Of a stretch of 64,000 nucleotides of DNA, positions 27,979-43,177 are shown piece after piece. A program made the translations under genes and the position numbers. Positions within the stretch are counted from its first letter, which is position 1; every line of letters starts with the position of its first letter. Below the pieces are notes generated by a model. It did not search any database and was not told where the DNA came from. It saw nothing but the letters and a program-made list of their open reading frames with translations. The DNA comes from Eledone cirrhosa (Eukaryota), in contig OZ024741.1 of the NCBI GenBank assembly GCA_964016885.1, forward strand, positions 195,734,001 to 195,798,000. The letters run 5' to 3'.

Positions 27979-28185
27979 TAGTACTAGGGTCCCTATCATT
28001 CCACTGCAAAGTGGTCGTGGAGGTGCCACGGCAAAAAAGCACCCAGCACTCACTGTAAATGAGGTTGGTGTTAGGAAGGGCATCCAGCTATAGAAATCAA
28101 GCCAGAATCAGTTCCCGTCCTACCCTTGCAAGCAGGGAAAAAGCGGAGGTAAGATGAAATGAAATGAAATGAATATATATTAATT

Positions 28186-28630
28186 CGTCTTGCAAGATTT
28201 CTTATCTGAAAATGTGTGTTAAAACAGATATTGTTATACTTTGGGAGAGTCATGCTGCCAATAAAAACACAAGCACCTTTTGCTTTTCACTTCAATTTAT
28301 TATAAATTTCCGTTTGGCTGGTTGGTTGGTTGGTTCGATAACCGGAAAGTTGTTTATATATTGTCAAAGCTCTTTCGTCACACATTCCGTGACCTCCTAC
28401 ACAAAAACAAGATAGTGTAGGACAGAACAAATAGAGACATAAAATAAAAACCCAGTCACTGAAGAGATCAAAGAATGTGTGATGAAAGCTTTGACAATAT
28501 ATGAACAACCATCCGGTTATCGAACCAACCAGCCAAACGGAAATTTATAATAAATTGAAGTGAAAACCAACAGGTGCTTGTGTTTTTATTGTTTATTGGC
28601 AGCATGACCCTCCGAAAGTATAACAATATG
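28186..28630. mobile_element. Palindromic hammerhead-bearing element, family B (degenerate hammerhead at 28455-28495 +)
   Basis: Inverted arms ~28228-28396 / 28465-28629; homologous to 33886-34403. Confidence 0.8.
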
Positions 28631-28649
28631 TATATATATATATACAAAG

Positions 28650-29343
28650 CATAAATGAACTAAGTGAGAAATTAGGAATAAGAGGGATCAGATGCTGTTT
28701 ATTCGAGAGAAGACTACGTTGGTATGGCCACGTGATGCGCATGAAAGACGACAGCTGTATAAAAAAATGCAGGGCGATCAAAATTGATGGTAGTTACGGA
28801 GTAGGTAGACCCAGAAAAACCTGGGACGATCTGATAAATTCCGACCTTACACACTTGCACCTCTCTAAGACAATGTCACTGGACCGAGATCTTAGGCGCT
28901 ACGCAGTAATACAGAAGACCCGCCTTGCCTATGTACAAAGCGAAACCTACAGTCAGTAGACACCTCTTAACCAAATATACACCCCAATCCACTACCCCTA
29001 CCCTATCCTCCCACTCCCACCAACACCACCCTCTCTCTATAAAGTTGGTAACACAACATGCAGTCCCAATAAATGAGATCGAGATCGTGTAGGTGTCATG
29101 AGAAAAAAACACAGTCCACGCTGTAATGTGGTCGTGTAGGTAACACATAAAAAGTTCCCAGTTCCACACTGTAAATTTGGTTGGTGTTAGGAAGGGGCAT
29201 CCAGCCATAGAAAACCTGCCAGATAGTCCTATATGAGCGAGACATGGTCACCCAACCAACCTTGCCTCAAGTGGGACAACTCCCGTCTAACCCATGCTAG
29301 CGTGGAAAATGGACGTTAAACGAAGATGATGATGATGATGATG
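28650..29343 (+). mobile_element. 3' fragment of the same RTE family as 4108-5760
   Basis: Close similarity to 5097-5760; (GAT)n tail. Confidence 0.92.
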
Positions 29344-29399
29344 ATATATATATACTGATAGATTCGATGTCCAAGCATGTAGGATTAATCAGTCAGTCT

Positions 29400-30545
29400 A
29401 ACCAACAGTTGAAATGCTAAAAATGAAAAGTTCCCCCAATCTCCATGTCCCCTCTGATAAAACCAAAAACGTTTATGAAGTGGACTTACCGACCTACAAG
29501 AAGCTGGCAAAAAATGCAATTATGACCACTTACAAAAAAGTGGACGAGTTGGAATATACTAATACCAATATAGTTGGTAAAGAGAGATGTCAGTATGGGA
29601 GCAAGTGATTCTGTAGAAGTTAGTGACCTGCTGTATATCCTATACCACCTGAAGAATCATTTCACAGGCCTGACCTGAGGATTATACAGTGACGATGGCC
29701 TTTTTGCTTTGCACAAGGTAAATCCCAGAACCACTGATTGGTTTTGGAAAAACTTATGCTCTTTCTTCCGTAATCTAGGTTTTAGAATAACCATAGAAGC
29801 AAATATGACTAGGGCCAATTTTTAAGATGTCACTTTAGTTTTAGATACTTCCCTCTATTACCCTTACTACAAAACTAACAAATCCCTTAGATACATAAAT
29901 GTTAGTTCGAACCACCCCCAAAATATTACAGATAATTTAGTTAAAAGTATCTCACTTAGAATTTCTGGTCTCTCAGCTAATGAAGACATTTTTAGTGCCT
30001 CTTCCCTTTATTACAATGAAGCCCTTGTCTGTCGTAGCTTTCAAGAAAAGATTACCTATTTAGAAAACACCCCAAGACCAGTTAGGAGAAATAAGCATAA
30101 GCAAATTAGTTAGTACAACCCCTGCTTCAACTAAAATGTATCTACGCCAATAACTAGGACTTTCTTCAAATCGTTAAATAAACACTTCCCCACACGACAT
30201 ATGTACTACACTATTTTTAATAAGAATATAAGACTCCTACTACACTATACCTAACTTAGTTAGGGATATAGCCAACCTCAACACTGCTAAATTAAATAAG
30301 CCTACTACCTCCGAAAACCACCCCTGGACGGGAGCCTTGTGCAACTGCCACAATAACGAAGTGTGTTCACTCAAAAGCAAATGCCTGATGAATGACATCG
30401 TATATAAATGCAATGTCGTCTCGAGCATTGACAACAACGAAAAACATATATTGGAATAACATCCAACAAATTTAAGACCCACTCAATCAGAAAACTGAAC
30501 AAACCCAACCAAACAACACTCGCCGCCTATGTCTGAGACCTCAGA
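29400..30545 (+). pseudogene. Decayed Penelope-like (Naiad-type) element: RT, CxCx5Cx5C linker and start of GIY-YIG
   Basis: LYSDDG, YIN.SSNHP, YNP.F, CNCHNNEVCSLKSKC, IVYKC motifs with stops. Confidence 0.8.
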
Positions 30546-30547
30546 AG

Positions 30548-31640
30548 AGCATTCTGGTGGGGTGCTGCTTTAGGGCTGTTGGTGATATGGGCCTTCATAT
30601 TCTTAACACAGGAATGTCCTAGTTTCACCCTGTGTCTGTTAAAGATGGAGTGGTATTTGGGACCTATGGGGAAGTGTATATCTAAGAGAACTAAAAAAAT
30701 GTTTCCTACATTAGTTTTAACGTTGAGTGAGAAGGGGGGAGAACTAAATTGTTTTTCTATTGGCACGATTTCTTTTCCTATTGCTGTTAGTGTTAGCAGG
30801 GGATAGACACTTCCCCAGAGGTCACAAATACCACTCCACCTTTAACAGACACAGGGTGAAATTAGGACACTCCTGTGCTAAGAATATGAAGGCCCACATC
30901 ACCAACAACCCTAAGAGAAGCCCCCCCCCCCCACCAGGATGCTCTTGCCAAAAGCCTGAAGCTTGTACCCTTCAACAATAATGCAACATGCCCACTGTAA
31001 TTTACGAAACTGGTCACTTCTAACCGACCTAATCAACAACAAGAGGTTAAATCATATGTAGGTATGGCAGAGGGCCGGTTTAAGGAACGCTTCCTGAACG
31101 ATCAGTCGAACTTTAGATACCCGGACAAACGATCGTCCATGAAACTCACGAGCCACGTATGGTCCCTCAAAGACTCAGGCATAGATTACGCCATCCAATG
31201 GAAAGATATCACTAAGTCTAAGCCATACGCAAGGGAGAATCTGTCTTGTGGGCTGTGCATTGAAGAAAGGATCAATATCCTGAGAAGTTACGTAATAGCA
31301 ATTGCCTAAATTCAAGGAATGAACTTTTCTCACAGTGCCCACGTGTCTGGAAACACCTATTACATAATTAATAAGCTCCAGATTGACTAACATCAACAAT
31401 CTATAATATTCTGAATAGCATGAATAATTTATTCCGGGCATCCAGAGTTATCTCCCTTTCATCGATCTATTGTGGGTTTAACTCCGCCATGATAAGTGAC
31501 TGTTTCTACACATGCGTATTCGTCCAGTCGTTTTTCCTTTTCTGTACAACTTCATTTGGACTGAGCTGAGGATCCGAATAGGGTGAAACATTTCTTCTCG
31601 GTATGGTGAACTAACTGTTGTGGAACTACTTCTAAATATA
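30548..31640 (+). mobile_element. Naiad-type Penelope-like 3' fragment with an inverted 5' arm (30548-30760 minus), GIY-YIG end and 3' UTR with a degenerate hammerhead at 31561-31601
   Basis: HFP..HKYHS.FNR..VKLGHSC present in both orientations; YVGMAEGRFKERF, CGLCIEE; CTGAG-CTGAGGA...GAAA...CTCGG. Confidence 0.8.
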
Positions 31641-31789
31641 TATATATATGTATAAGAGTGACGAAGGGTAACCTGGAAAGCAGGGCATGCAGTCCAATCG
31701 CCATGGCGGAAAGTGGGGCTGTGCAGCCTTACCCACCCCTCCAATTCCTTCTAAATGACCCTCCCGGTCAAAGCCGCATGTAGTGTTAT

Positions 31790-32040
31790 GTAATGTGTGT
31801 GTGTTATCTTTTTGTGTCTACGATTTAGTAAGCAGCCAAAATTCTGCTTGCTTCAACCGACGCTGTCGTGTGTTTGTGTGTGTGTATGTGTGTTATCTTT
31901 TTATGTATCTACGGTTTAGCAAGCACCCAAAATTCTGCTTGCTTCAACCGACGCTGTCGTGTGTTTGTGTGTGTGCGTGTTGTCATTTTATGTGTCTACG
32001 ATTTAGCAAGCAGCCAAAATTCTGCTTGCTTCAACCAACG
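31790..32040. repeat. ~90-bp tandem repeat, three copies
   Basis: aagca.ccaaaattctgcttgcttcaacc.acg repeated three times. Confidence 0.9.
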
Positions 32041-32098
32041 TAATTGATCAACTCAAGATTCTATAACGCATGCACTGCATGCAAGCACCCTTCGCCCC

Positions 32099-32166
<68 letters not shown>

Positions 32167-32319
32167 AGTATATGTTGGTTGTTTACCGACACCTAAGTAT
32201 GCAGATTGGAGCACTCGACGAAGTACGCAGGCTGGTTTGTTTACTCCGGAGTAATGTGAAATAAAATAAGTAAGTCAAATATGTAAAATTTGGCTTCGTT
32301 TATTATATATTATAAATTT

Positions 32320-32374
32320 ACCGGTATATATATTTCGGTGACAGTCATTATTGGCTGTGACCTCTTCAGGCAGT
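32320..32374 (-). ncRNA. Type I hammerhead (family C) in element 32163-32431
   Basis: ACTGC-CTGAAGA-GGTCACAGCC...GACTGTCACC-GAAA-TATATA-TA-CCGGT; homologous to 43324-43378. Confidence 0.75.
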
Positions 32375-32683
32375 CCGAATTGGTGTGGAAAAGAAGCCAA
32401 ATTTTACATATTTGACTTACTTATTTTATTTTGTCCGACGCTCTACCGATACTGCCAATTCATCGCCCTTCGACTCAAAATAATGGTAGTATACAGTTAT
32501 GGTACAAACGACTTGCTCAAAATATTGTGGAGAGAGGAAAAAGACTGACAACTATGTAGTTGCGAAATGAATTTAACCACACGGTCATGCCTAAACAAGA
32601 TAAAAATATATACATCAAACATTTTCTCAGATGATTTTGAAAATCTAAAGACATTTTTTCCAAATCCAACCACCCCTTATTTT

Positions 32684-32790
<107 letters not shown>

Positions 32791-32809
32791 TATATAAATA
32801 TTTACATAC

Positions 32810-32853
<44 letters not shown>

Positions 32854-33147
32854 ACCATAAAGTATGTCCATAAAATCATTTGATAAAATATATACACCAT
32901 CTCATCTCCCAATCTGCATAATCAACCACACAAAAAAACAATTAAACCAAGCTATAAGATTAAAAGGCACCTATGAAGAAATAATAGATAAATAAACGAC
33001 AGCCATCTATTTGCGATCAACACCTATAGAATATTTACCCAGCATTTCAATAGCACGTGGAAATCGATTAAATATATCGCCAACCATACACAATTAGGTA
33101 TAAAATCAAAGTTAGAAGAAAAAATGTATATAAACATACCAAATTTA

Positions 33148-33231
33148 CGTTTCTACCCCATGGAGTTTCATTCGCTTTTGGAAATAACCGATCAAGGATA
33201 AATTCACAAGCTTCGAAATCATCAGCAAACA
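33148..33231 (-). ncRNA. Type I hammerhead with long stem II (family D)
   Basis: TGTTTG-CTGATGA-...-GAAA-CTCCATGGGG-TA-GAAACG; one mismatch in stem I next to the core. Confidence 0.75.
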
Positions 33232-33736
33232 AACTCACTTGGACGAAGATTTTTCTTAAATGATCCCCGCCAGAAACGAATTCAAAATGGCTAAGAACTG
33301 TGACGTGGTAGTGGTCAAGTCAGAAATAATGTGATTGGTGCCTTACGGCGAGTGGGCTGGTTGCTAGAAAGCGCAGCCTAATATTGCCTAAATTGCATCT
33401 CAACCATAGGGGAGATTATCAAATATAAAGATTTACATATACACCAACTAGACAAAGTCATATATATATATATATATATGTTTAGTTTCTGTATATGTAA
33501 ATCTTTATATATATTTGTATATGTATTTTACCCGCCCTAGAAAATATATATATATATACACACACATACATATATATATATATATTAGAATTGGTGCCCT
33601 GAAATAGCGATATATATATGAATGTGTATATAGTGTATTTTGCAATACACTGTATGCTTAATTAAAAGCATTTCGAAGACCTTAAGCTATTGTTTTAGAG
33701 TAGTATATATATAAATATTTATATATATATACATAC

Positions 33737-34481
<745 letters not shown>

Positions 34482-34512
34482 TATATGTATATATGTATAT
34501 ATGATGTGTGTA

Positions 34513-34609
<97 letters not shown>

Positions 34610-34611
34610 AA

Positions 34612-34727
34612 TATAAAATGGAATAGAATGAAATGAAATTTCATTTCTCACTCTTAGTACGGCACTTACTTAAATGTAAGTATGTATGTATACGTACATA
34701 CGTATATGCATACAGACGTACAGTAGC

Positions 34728-34812
<85 letters not shown>

Positions 34813-35531
34813 CAGGCACACATATATATATGTACGTATCAGTTTAGCGGACATTTATTATAATGTTCGCTTTGTCCGTTTGTAAACAAACGGACAGCCT
34901 GTTTTATGCCGTACGGTGTTAAGGCAACCACGTCACCTTTTTGTTCAACACTGACACAGGAACGATGTACTAGTTTCAAGCTTGTTAGCTATCGTCAGCA
35001 CCGTATACCCTTCTGCCAGATGGTTGAACGTTCGAAAGTATATACTTTCCTTATGAAAATTAACGGCTGAGCATCCTAATTTGAATATCAAGTGAGTTCA
35101 GTCGGCCAGACGCACCGAAAACGATAAAATGGAATAGAATGAAATGAAATTTCATTTCTCACTCTTAGTACGGCACTTACTTAAATGTAAGTATGTATGT
35201 ATACGTACATACATATATGCATACAGACGCACAGTAGCATGTATATATATATATATATATATACATACAGGCACACATATATATATGTACGTATCAGTTT
35301 AGCGGACATTTATTATGTTCGCTTTGTCCGTTTGTAAACGGTGGTGACGATAGCTAACAAGCTTGAAACTAGTACATCGTTCCTGTGTCAGTGTTGAACA
35401 AAAAGGTGACGTGGTTGCCTTAACACCGTACGGCATAAATCAGGCTGTCCGTTTGTTTACAAACGGACAAAGCGAACATTATAATAAATGTCCGCTAAAC
35501 TGATACGTACATATATATATATGTGTGCCTG

Positions 35532-35535
<4 letters not shown>
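34612..35535 (-). mobile_element. Family A hammerhead element: ~510-bp-period partial tandem on minus (hammerhead 34963-35003) plus inverted arm 35345-35535
   Basis: 34612-34890 repeated at 35123-35339; CGGTG-CTGACGA...GAAACTAGTA-CATCG on minus. Confidence 0.88.
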
Positions 35536-35555
<20 letters not shown>

Positions 35556-35562
<7 letters not shown>

Positions 35563-36127
35563 GTGAGGTTTTTTTTACAAAATGAAAAATAACCGAGGTG
35601 TCCTACACGAGTGGAAGTATAAAGAAAAAGGGATGAAATCTAATTTATGCCATTAAATGTAAAGGATGCAATGAAGATTATATAGGACAAACTAAACTCA
35701 CACTCAGAAACAGAATGACAGTTCATCGCCAACAATTACGAGATACAACCACGAGACAAATACCACTAAGTGCACATCTAGACATCTGCGCAAGTAATAA
35801 GACACCCAAATTCCAAATCTTCCCATTTTACCTTTGCGCTAACAATACAACAGAACAAATGCGAATAAATAAGGAAAATATGTTTATTCAAAAATATAGA
35901 CCAACATTAAATAAGGTTTAATATACATTATGTCAACACCACAATATGACATACACACACACACATAACACCTACTTTAGAAAATAAAAACCCGAACTAA
36001 ATAAACCTTAAACATACGTTTGCACTGGCAATACAACAGCAAACACGAAAAAGTCAGGAAAATATGTTCATTCAAAAATATTCCTACTAAAGGAATCATT
36101 TTCCTACACACACACATACACACACAC

Positions 36128-36180
<53 letters not shown>

Positions 36181-36438
36181 TCTTCATCTTAACATGCTAA
36201 TCATACTCCCACACACATAACACCCATACACACACATAAAAACCCCCACACCTACAACACCCTCCCCATTTCTACTAATAGAACCACTTTCCTACACACA
36301 TATATATATACACACACACAAAAAATATATATTCTCTCTATCTAACATACTCGCACACACACACATAACACCCATATACACACACACACAACTCCCTCCC
36401 CCATCTCTACTAATAGAATCATCTTCCAATACACACAT

Positions 36439-36471
<33 letters not shown>

Positions 36472-37079
36472 AGCACACAAATAAACACATATCTTCAGTC
36501 TCAATAGAAAATCTGAACTCTGACAGCTGGCCATATTCACTGAACCAGAACATTTCTCCCAATCCCTTTTCCCTTGACCACTATCTCTCCATTGTCATAA
36601 CATTCACTATAGACTACAGAATAGTTTTCCAAATAAGGGCGCAAAAATGTAATGAAAACTTGTTCACGTGACAGCCAAATTTCATTTATAACCAACCAAA
36701 AAAAAGCCTTCGTGAGCCTCATTTTTTCAAGTAAAAAGAAATTCAAACACTCATATATGGAAAAACAACCTGTGACAACCCCCCCCCCCCCCTTCTCTTA
36801 TTTGAAGAACTATTGTAACGCGAACTGGCGCGAAATTTATTATAATTATTGACAAACCAATCAAATTACTTCTCAAAAAACCTGGTTTTCGAGCCAGTTT
36901 TTCCATATAAAACAAGTAACATTTAGAGACCAACCAGATGTGAGAAAAACCACAGACCCTCCATCTCAACTCACCTTTTGAAAAGCAGAAGAACTGCGAA
37001 ACCGGTAAAGGAACCAAATAAATATATATATTTTTAAAAAAATAAGACTTCAGTTGCATTTTCGATTTCATCCCTTTTT

Positions 37080-37086
<7 letters not shown>
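35556..37086 (+). mobile_element. 5'-truncated Penelope-like element: inverted 3'-end piece (35556-35640), GIY-YIG C-terminus (35637-35921), CA-rich 3' UTR and pLTR with hammerhead
   Basis: NLIYAIKCKGCNEDYIGQT...R..H...H...E..FI...P.LN motif; terminal sequence mirrored at the left end; (TA)n flanks. Confidence 0.9.
36974..37011 (+). ncRNA. Minimal type I hammerhead with a U3-A8 variant core; second copy at 38548-38583
   Basis: CCTT-TTGAAAA-GCAG.aagaa.CTGC-GAAA-CCGG-TA-AAGG. Confidence 0.85.
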
Positions 37087-37743
<657 letters not shown>

Positions 37744-37749
37744 TACAAC

Positions 37750-38463
37750 TATAAATTAGCGAGAATCGTATTTCAGCACAGCAATTAACGAAAATCAACA
37801 TCCGATATGTGTGGCAAGCCCTCGATGATTCATGTGAATCAGAGCTACAACATACGTTAAGGGCCAAACACACTGAGATGATGGTTAAACATATCATCCG
37901 CACAGCCAAAACAAACGACCAAGTAATTCGGGTCAAACAATAAAAATATATGTGTTGATACTTTCCCGGACCCTGGACTGATGGTAAAATCCAGTATTGG
38001 TTTCTGCGACTCCAAAATCAGGTACTGTCCGCCTCCATAAAGAATGTTTGGCTTCAGGTAAGATGATGAACAAGGAAGTCGTGTTATCAACGGGTTTTGT
38101 TCTAGGATGCTATAGAAAAGTGTGTCTATTACTGACCCCACGTGGAGTTCAGCAAGGGAGGCAACACCTCTATTTTGCGAATGATTCAGTTGTGTATAAT
38201 ATTGCGAGAATGCTAAATATCACAAATCGAATAAAGCTCTCGACAGAATGGTTAAATATAACAGAGCTATTCAACAGTCAATAGAAGCAACTAAAAAAAA
38301 AAAAAAATTAACTGCTCAATAGCTAGACTCTGGAGATTAATACAAATATAAATTAGCGAGAATCGTATTTCAGCACAGGAATTAACGAAAATCAACATCC
38401 GATATGTGTGGCAAGCGCTCGATGATTCATGTGAATCAGAGCTACAACATACGTTAAGGGCCA
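37750..38463. mobile_element. ~600-bp-period partial tandem non-coding element related to family E
   Basis: 37750-37866 repeated at 38348-38465; shares aatcagagcta and cccggaccc with 20423-21201. Confidence 0.65.
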
Positions 38464-38716
38464 ATATATATATGAGAAATATATATATATGAGAAAATAT
38501 ATATATATATATATGAGAAAAACCACAGACCCTCCATCTCAACTCTACTTTTGAAAAGCAGAAGAACTGTGAAACCGGTAAAGGAACCAAATAAATATAT
38601 ATATATATTTTTTTAAATAAGACTCCAGTTGCATTTTAGATTTCATCTTTTTTTCGTTATACTTTCACTAGTGTAGGACACCTCGATTATTTTTCATTTT
38701 GTAAAAAAAAACTCAC

Positions 38717-38790
<74 letters not shown>

Positions 38791-38792
<2 letters not shown>

Positions 38793-39851
38793 TTTACTCC
38801 TTTACCTGTTCCAGCCATCCCGCTGAGGGGCCATGCTGGGGCACCGCCTTTGTTGCTACACATTTTATCTCCAGCTTGTATTGGTTGGCCACTGGTGTAA
38901 GAGGGAGTTTGTTGCTGCTACCTTAGGTTTCCCTCGTGCCTTGCTGTGGGCTCATCCGGGATCCTGGATGGCAAGGTGTCGAGATGTTTCTTGAAGACAT
39001 CCACTTCCACACCATGCAGATCTCTCAGATCCCTCGGCAGCTTGTTGAACAGTTGAGGGCCCTTGAATCCCAGGCTATTGCAATATCTGCTCTTTATTCT
39101 AGATGTGGAAGACGGGACCTTCGGCACCACACAGTGACGTCCTGTTCGACGGTTGGTCCAGCTCCCAATGCCAAAGTTTGGTGCTAGTCTCTCCAGGATT
39201 TTCCACATGTAGATCACTGCGTATCTCTCCCGTCTTCGTTCCAAGGAGTAGAGGTTTAGTTCTTTTACCCTCTCAGTAGCTTATTTCCTTCATCGTGGCA
39301 ATCCTTTTGGTGTAGCTTCGCTGGATTGCCTCGAACTCCGTGGTTAGTTTGACACTATGGGGTGACCACAACTGGGAGCAATAGTCCAGGCGGCTTAGGA
39401 CAAATGTCCTCCATAGTGTCAACATGGTGTCTCGGTATCTTGTCCGGAAAGTCCTCAAGATCCAGCCAGCGAGTCGTCTGCTCATTGTCGCCACTTTCAT
39501 GATGTGTGAGGAAAAAGATGCATCATCGCTCATGGCTATACCCAGGTCTCGTATCGATTTTGACACTGGGATATCGGTCCCTCCTGGTCCTGCTTAACTG
39601 TGTTGTACTGTACTTGTGTTTGCAGGTTTGTATTGTAGGGCTTGGAATTTGCCAGCATTGAACTGTATGTTGTTTTCTTCTGCCCATTTGTATATGGCAT
39701 CCAGATCTTGTTGTAAAAGGGCAGCGTCAGCCGGGTTTTTGATTGCATGTGCTATCTTAGTGTCATCAGCATAGCTAGTGGGGGATGTTGTTGTATGTAC
39801 TACAGAGGGCATGTCTGAGAGAGCCACCAAAAACAGTAGTGGTCCCAGGAC
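38791..39851 (-). mobile_element. 5'-truncated CR1-like LINE
   Basis: VLGPLLF, YADDTK, RDLG, SRLDYCSQLWSP, LERRRERY, FN.LP motifs. Confidence 0.9.
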
Positions 39852-40109
39852 ATGTGTGCGTGTGTGTGTGCGTGCGCGTGTGTGTGTGTGCATGCGCGTG
39901 TGTGTGTGCGTGCGCGTGTGTGTGTGCGTGCGCGTGTGTGTTCGTGCAGCGTTCCAGTAAGAGTTAAATCTATTAACATGTGTGTGTACGTGCACACGTG
40001 CGTGCGTGAGTTTGCGTGCGTTTGAGCGTTTGCGTGAGTGTGTGTGTGTGTGTGCGTGTGTATGTGCGTGTGGCGTTTCACTTACGCCATTTTTTTTCAG
40101 TGACACTAG
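39852..40109 (+). mobile_element. Non-autonomous Helitron-like 3' end with a GT/GC microsatellite
   Basis: Hairpin TGGCGT.ttcactt.ACGCCA (40071-40089) followed by CTAG|T at 40106-40110. Confidence 0.6.
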
Positions 40110-40118
40110 TTGTTGTAG

Positions 40119-40874
40119 ATGATAATATTGACACTTGGGAACGGCAAAGTGCCAGTTGATGAAGATGAAAAAATCTCCCTCGAGCCGGTCTGCACTTTAG
40201 TCGACAGTGCTGACGACTTGACAGATGCAGTATTCCCTGAGTTGAGCATTAACTACCAAAATCCAAACTGGCTGTGCGAAAGGGCAATACTGGCTCCGAA
40301 AAATGAGACTGTCGACAAAATCAACGGACAACTGCTTAAGTCTCTTCCTACAGCTTCGTGTACATACAAGTCCATAGATATACTCACAGACCCCATTAAC
40401 TACCCAATTGAGTTTCTTAACTCATTGAACCCCTCCGGGTTGCCATCTCATCGATTGGAACTTAAAGAAGGATGCCCAATTATGCTTTTCAGGAATCTAC
40501 ACCCACCGAAACTCTGCAACGGCACCCGCCTTACAGTAAATAAACTAACGCAAAACTTGATCGAGGCGACGATTCTCTCGGGGTGTGGAAAGGGGGGAAA
40601 TGTTTTTATCCGAAGGATTCCCCTTTGTCCGTCAACATCAGAGATCCCCTTTTCATTTAGGAGGCTCCAGTTTCCAGTTCGTTGTAGTTTCGCTATGACG
40701 ATAAATAAGTCTCAGGGGCAAACATTGTCCGTCGCGGGAATAAACCTAGAAGAGTCATGCTTTTCGCACGGTCAGCTATACGTTAGATGTTCCAGAGTGG
40801 GAAGAAAAAGAAACCTTTATGCATTTTCTTCAAACAGTAAAACCACAGACATTGTGTACCAAGAAGTTCTGTAA
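40119..40874 (+). mobile_element. Helitron PIF1-type helicase C-terminal fragment
   Basis: RAILAPKN, LCNGTRL, QFPV..FAMTINKSQGQTL, FSHGQLYV..SRV motifs. Confidence 0.93.
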
Positions 40875-42095
40875 TCAACACTGCGACACAAACCGTCTTC
40901 TAACAATCAAATACCTCGCTGCTTTCAATAATTACCAAATTGTAGACATACTGCCTTTTTGAAATTTATAACACCATACTTTTCGACTGTAAATGTTGTG
41001 ACCACTTTGAGCTGCACGGTATTGAAATGTACGTTCCCCTCTGGTTGGTAGAGCCAGTTTTCCATGGATTCGCCAGCGCGTGCAGCAGACGCTGTGTTTC
41101 GGTTGATACAGCTCAAACAGCAGGCGTTGATCTCAGTTCTTTGCTGCCGCAGTTCACGCCGTGTTTCGGTTGATGCAGCTCGAGTTGCGGAAGTTGACTT
41201 CCATTTCTTTGTTGCCGCAGTTGACGCTTTGTTTCGGTTGATGCAGCTCGAGCTGCGGAAGTTGCCTCAGCATTTCTATGCCGCCGTAATGAACGCTGTG
41301 GTTAGTTCTCTGCATCTCCTGCAATAGACGTTGCCTCAATATTTGCTTTCTGTTGCAGTGAGGGTTGAGAATCGTTTACTGCACCTCAAGCAGCAGCAGT
41401 TGCCTCAGCATTTATTTGTTGTCACATCGAACGTTGTGTTTCGTTTTCTGCACCTTGTGCAATAGAAGTTGCTTCAGCATTTTTCTTTTGGCTTAATAAT
41501 CGCTATTCGTTATTCTCTGTTACTTTTGCAATCGAGGTTGGTGCAGAATTTGTGTTGAGGAATTTTGAGCGTCCTTCATGTTTGGTCTATGTCATTGCAA
41601 TCAGTCTAAGGAAAGCAACGTCACAGTTTCTATTAGCAGCCACAACTATACAGAATGGTAAGCATTTCAAACTACATAAATCATTAGAATGCTTACATAT
41701 ACACAATGCATAACGAAAAATTTACATGTTTCTACTGTAGCAAACGTATGGACCCCCCCCCCCTCCCCCCTCATCTGTACCTTTCACTCAAAGTCGTCAT
41801 ACATTATCTCCGTCATCCCGCAACGACTTCAGTCCCTGAATTGCCAAACATCCCACATTATTGTCATAAATTCCATGTGACTAACTTTTGGGCTGCTGAC
41901 TTGTGGCATAGTTCGCGTTTGGAGCTTCACCGTCAACGTCACACTTTTACACTCATTCACCTTTCATATGCCATAACATTTTACCGTTTTTACATAGAAC
42001 AACACATACTTTTTATGGTTAAAAATAAATGTTTTATGGGGGTTCGTGCTACGTTGTTTTCTTTTTAAAAAATTATTTACTAATGGTAGACTTAC

Positions 42096-42124
42096 ACCCG
42101 GGCAATGCCGGGTATGGCTGCTAA
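42096..42124 (+). mobile_element. Helitron 3' terminus
   Basis: ACCCGG-gcaatg-CCGGGT hairpin followed 7 nt later by CTAA (CTRR) and then T. Confidence 0.7.
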
Positions 42125-42133
42125 TATATATAC

Positions 42134-42182
<49 letters not shown>

Positions 42183-42226
42183 CATATATATATGTATATA
42201 CATATATATATATAAATATATATATG

Positions 42227-42399
<173 letters not shown>

Positions 42400-42805
42400 G
42401 TTATCACATACATAAAATTAAATTAAATTAAATCAAGGATACATATATGTGTTGCAACTGTTCACTTTTAAGCTCAATGAAGAATTAATAAATTAAAATC
42501 AAAAAATCAGAGCATTATATCATAAAACATGTCTATAGAATCAATCAGATATTAAAATATATACTATTTCTTCTTCTAATCAGCATAATTAACCATATAC
42601 ATAATCAAATCTAGTAAGCTTTAAGAGTAAATTTTCTAACGGGGAAATCTCCGACAAACAATTGATCGCAGCTAGTTCGCGGTAATTCCGTTCCATTATT
42701 TATCAAACACTTCGGCAGCATGCAGAATCCGATCAAATATATCGTCAACCGCACGTAATTAGTAGTAAAATTAAACTTAGAAGAAATGCGCACATACCGT
42801 AATTA

Positions 42806-42886
42806 TATCTCTACCATGGTTTCTTCCTTGTTTAGGACATCCAAATAATATGGACTTGCCCTGAGTCAGGTTATCATCAGGAGACA
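42806..42886 (-). ncRNA. Type I hammerhead with long stem II (family D), in (TA)n-flanked element ~42397-43135
   Basis: TGTCTC-CTGATGA-...AGGGCA..GTCCA/TGGAT.GTCCT...-GAAA-CCATGG-TA-GAGATA; inverted arm 43066-43135 mirrors 42518-42590. Confidence 0.88.
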
Positions 42887-43130
42887 AACTCAGAAATAGA
42901 CATTTAATTTCTCAGACCGACCGCGCCAAATTTAGATTCAAAAATGGCTAAGATCGCTATGTAGCTGTGTACCAGCCAGAGAGAAAGCGTGTGGTTAGTC
43001 GCTTACGGCGGGTAGGCATGCTGCTAGAAAGCGCAGCCATATATCGCCAAATTTCCCCGTTAGAAAATTATGCTGATTAGAAGAAATAGTATATATTTTA
43101 ATATCTGATTGATTCTATAGACATGTTTTA

Positions 43131-43177
<47 letters not shown>

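Noticed and set aside
33134-33400. Possible first exon and promoter of a minus-strand host gene (ATG and GT donor)
   Set aside because: The ATG is followed quickly by a stop and forms part of hammerhead stem III; better explained as a family D retroelement unit
40119-40874. Host PIF1 helicase gene
   Set aside because: Intronless fragment with Helitron-type motifs and a downstream Helitron terminus
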